Of a stretch of 38,036 nucleotides of DNA, positions 36,637 through 38,036 are shown one piece after another. Every line of letters begins with the position of its first letter. Position 1 is the stretch's first letter. The notes beneath the pieces are model-generated. The model had not been told where the DNA came from and searched no databases. It saw nothing but the letters and a program-made list of their open reading frames with translations. The stretch comes from Chthoniobacteraceae bacterium (GTDB lineage: Bacteria > Verrucomicrobiota > Verrucomicrobiia > Chthoniobacterales > Chthoniobacteraceae), in NCBI GenBank assembly GCA_037190965.1, contig JBBCKI010000009.1:1-38036 (forward strand), written 5' to 3'. The translations under genes were made by a program, and so were the position numbers.

Positions 36637-37515
36637 ATGGCATCCTCCAAAGCCACTCGTCGCTCCGCGCCCAAACCGCAAGGGAAAGCACGCAGTTCAT
36701 CCAAGGCTTCGTCCGGACCCGGATCCCGAGGGGGGCGGGCCTTGCATGGCCCGTCGCTGGCTGATTTTTTCACCCGGCGGGTCGGCATCGTGTTGTGGTT
36801 TATCAGCCTCGCGATGCTGCTTGGGCTGATCTTGTTCCCGATTAGTAATCACGGGACGCGTCTTGGCAGCGTCATCCTCGCGGGATCGCTTTGCACGGGG
36901 CTGCTAGGGCTTTGGTGGCGGTACGCCGCCCTACGGTGGAGTCTTTTGGCGCTTTATACGGGAGCGGCGGTTTTCTGGATGCTCCCGGGCAAAATTCTTT
37001 ACGATCGCCATTCGCTTCGCGCCGAGACTTCGCGAGCCTTGCGCCGTTACGAAGGGGTCCGTTATGCCTGGGGAGGTGAAAACCGGTTGGGCATTGATTG
37101 CTCCGGCCTTGTCCGGCGCGGCACCGTGGAGGGGGCTTTTACCGAAGGGTTGCGGACCGGCAACCCGTGGCTCGTCCGCAAGGCGGTGAGCCTTTGGTGG
37201 CAGGATATGAGCGCGCGCGAACTTGGGCTTGGCGCAAAGAAAGAAGCTCGCCGGCTTTTCCAGATCAAGGCGATCAAAGGTTTTGACGATTCGAACCTGC
37301 GCCCGGGCGATTTTGCCGTTACCGAGGGAGGCATTCATGTCATGGCTTACCTGGGCGATCACCTTTGGATCGAGGCGGACCCCGGGGAGGGGAAGGTCAT
37401 TGTCGTCGATGGGCGAACGACTTCGAACCCATGGTTTGGGGTGCCCGTTTCGATCATGCGCTGGAAGTTTTTGCAGGCGCATCGGCCGGAGCGCGCGTAT
37501 CTTTTCCGTCGGTGA
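36637..37515 (+). CDS. Membrane-anchored NlpC/P60 family cysteine hydrolase
   Basis: About three N-terminal transmembrane helices; YAWGGE...GIDCSGLV; PGD.....GIHVMAYLG. Confidence 0.85.
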   Translation: MASSKATRRSAPKPQGKARSSSKASSGPGSRGGRALHGPSLADFFTRRVGIVLWFISLAMLLGLILFPISNHGTRLGSVILAGSLCTGLLGLWWRYAALRWSLLALYTGAAVFWMLPGKILYDRHSLRAETSRALRRYEGVRYAWGGENRLGIDCSGLVRRGTVEGAFTEGLRTGNPWLVRKAVSLWWQDMSARELGLGAKKEARRLFQIKAIKGFDDSNLRPGDFAVTEGGIHVMAYLGDHLWIEADPGEGKVIVVDGRTTSNPWFGVPVSIMRWKFLQAHRPERAYLFRR

Positions 37516-37553
37516 TCGAACGTTCGGCGCCTTGAGAATGTCTATCCGGGGCC

Positions 37554-38036
37554 ATGGCCAATTCGTATCGTAAGGTGAAAGTCGACGGTGTTGACGCGGG
37601 CTACGCGGAAGCCGTCCCGCCCAGCCCGTTCCGCGACGGGATGGATTCTGACGATCCGTGGATCCGCCTGATTTCCGGGTTGATGGATACCGCTTTTCGG
37701 CTTCCGGGAACGAATTTTCGCTTTGGGATCGATCCGGTGATCGGGCTCTTTCCCGGGGTGGGGGATGGCGCGAGCGCGGTGGTTTCGGTGGCTTTGATCG
37801 GGATGAGCGCGCGGTATGGCATCCCGAAAATTGTTCTCGCCCGGATGGCGCTCAACGCACTCATCAATGGGGTCGTCGGCACGGTGCCATTCGCGGGCGA
37901 TCTCTTTTCGTTCTGGTTCAAATCCAACGCCTTGAACTATCAGCTTTTTCGCAAGCACGCCGGGCCTCGCCGCGTTTCGACCGTGGGGGACTGGGTGTTC
38001 GTGGGGGGACTGATTGGCGGTGTGTTGCTGGGGATC
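37554..38036 (+). CDS. DUF4112 family membrane protein (3' end outside the window)
   Basis: Hand translation: LMDTAFRLPGTNFRFGIDPVIGLFPGVGD...ARMALN...GTVPFAGDLFSFWFKSN..N. Not in the ORF track because there is no stop in the window. Confidence 0.88.
   Translation, partial: MANSYRKVKVDGVDAGYAEAVPPSPFRDGMDSDDPWIRLISGLMDTAFRLPGTNFRFGIDPVIGLFPGVGDGASAVVSVALIGMSARYGIPKIVLARMALNALINGVVGTVPFAGDLFSFWFKSNALNYQLFRKHAGPRRVSTVGDWVFVGGLIGGVLLGI

Noticed and set aside
34554..36788. 744-aa minus-strand ORF
   Set aside because: Antisense shadow of rho in GC-rich DNA; no motifs. The same applies to 4720-5946, 10118-10996, 11079-12248, 12518-13630, 14724-15608, 22269-23504 and 31109-32788.

Overview
Bacterial chromosomal segment, GC-rich, most likely Verrucomicrobiota (Chthoniobacterales-like). 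That assignment is inferred from the PEP-CTERM protein, the T5SS/PEP-CTERM-repeat adhesin and the gene content. The left ~4.4 kb looks like the end of a decayed island at the 3' end of tRNA-Ser(TGA). It holds a >1122-codon repeat adhesin on the minus strand (missed by the ORF track because it runs off the window) and a broken large serine recombinase whose last reading frame runs into the tRNA and carries a perfect 14-bp inverted repeat. The rest is mostly core genome: a PAS hybrid kinase/LuxR pair, argCJBDF, an nfeD-like/floA operon, tRNA-Leu(CAA), an L,D-transpeptidase, araB, a PEP-CTERM protein, HU, carA, yebC, a Rho with a ~310-aa low-complexity N-terminus, and an NlpC/P60 protein. The most striking non-coding signal is a REP/REPIN system. 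A frameshifted REP-associated Y1 transposase (RAYT) sits next to one REP family that recurs at five intergenic sites. A second GTAG-ended family occurs at three sites. Each family includes one collapsed, end-fused copy, one pair shares a captured 25-bp flank, and there are further palindromic and heptamer repeat clusters. All family assignments come from motifs read by eye; no database searches were run.
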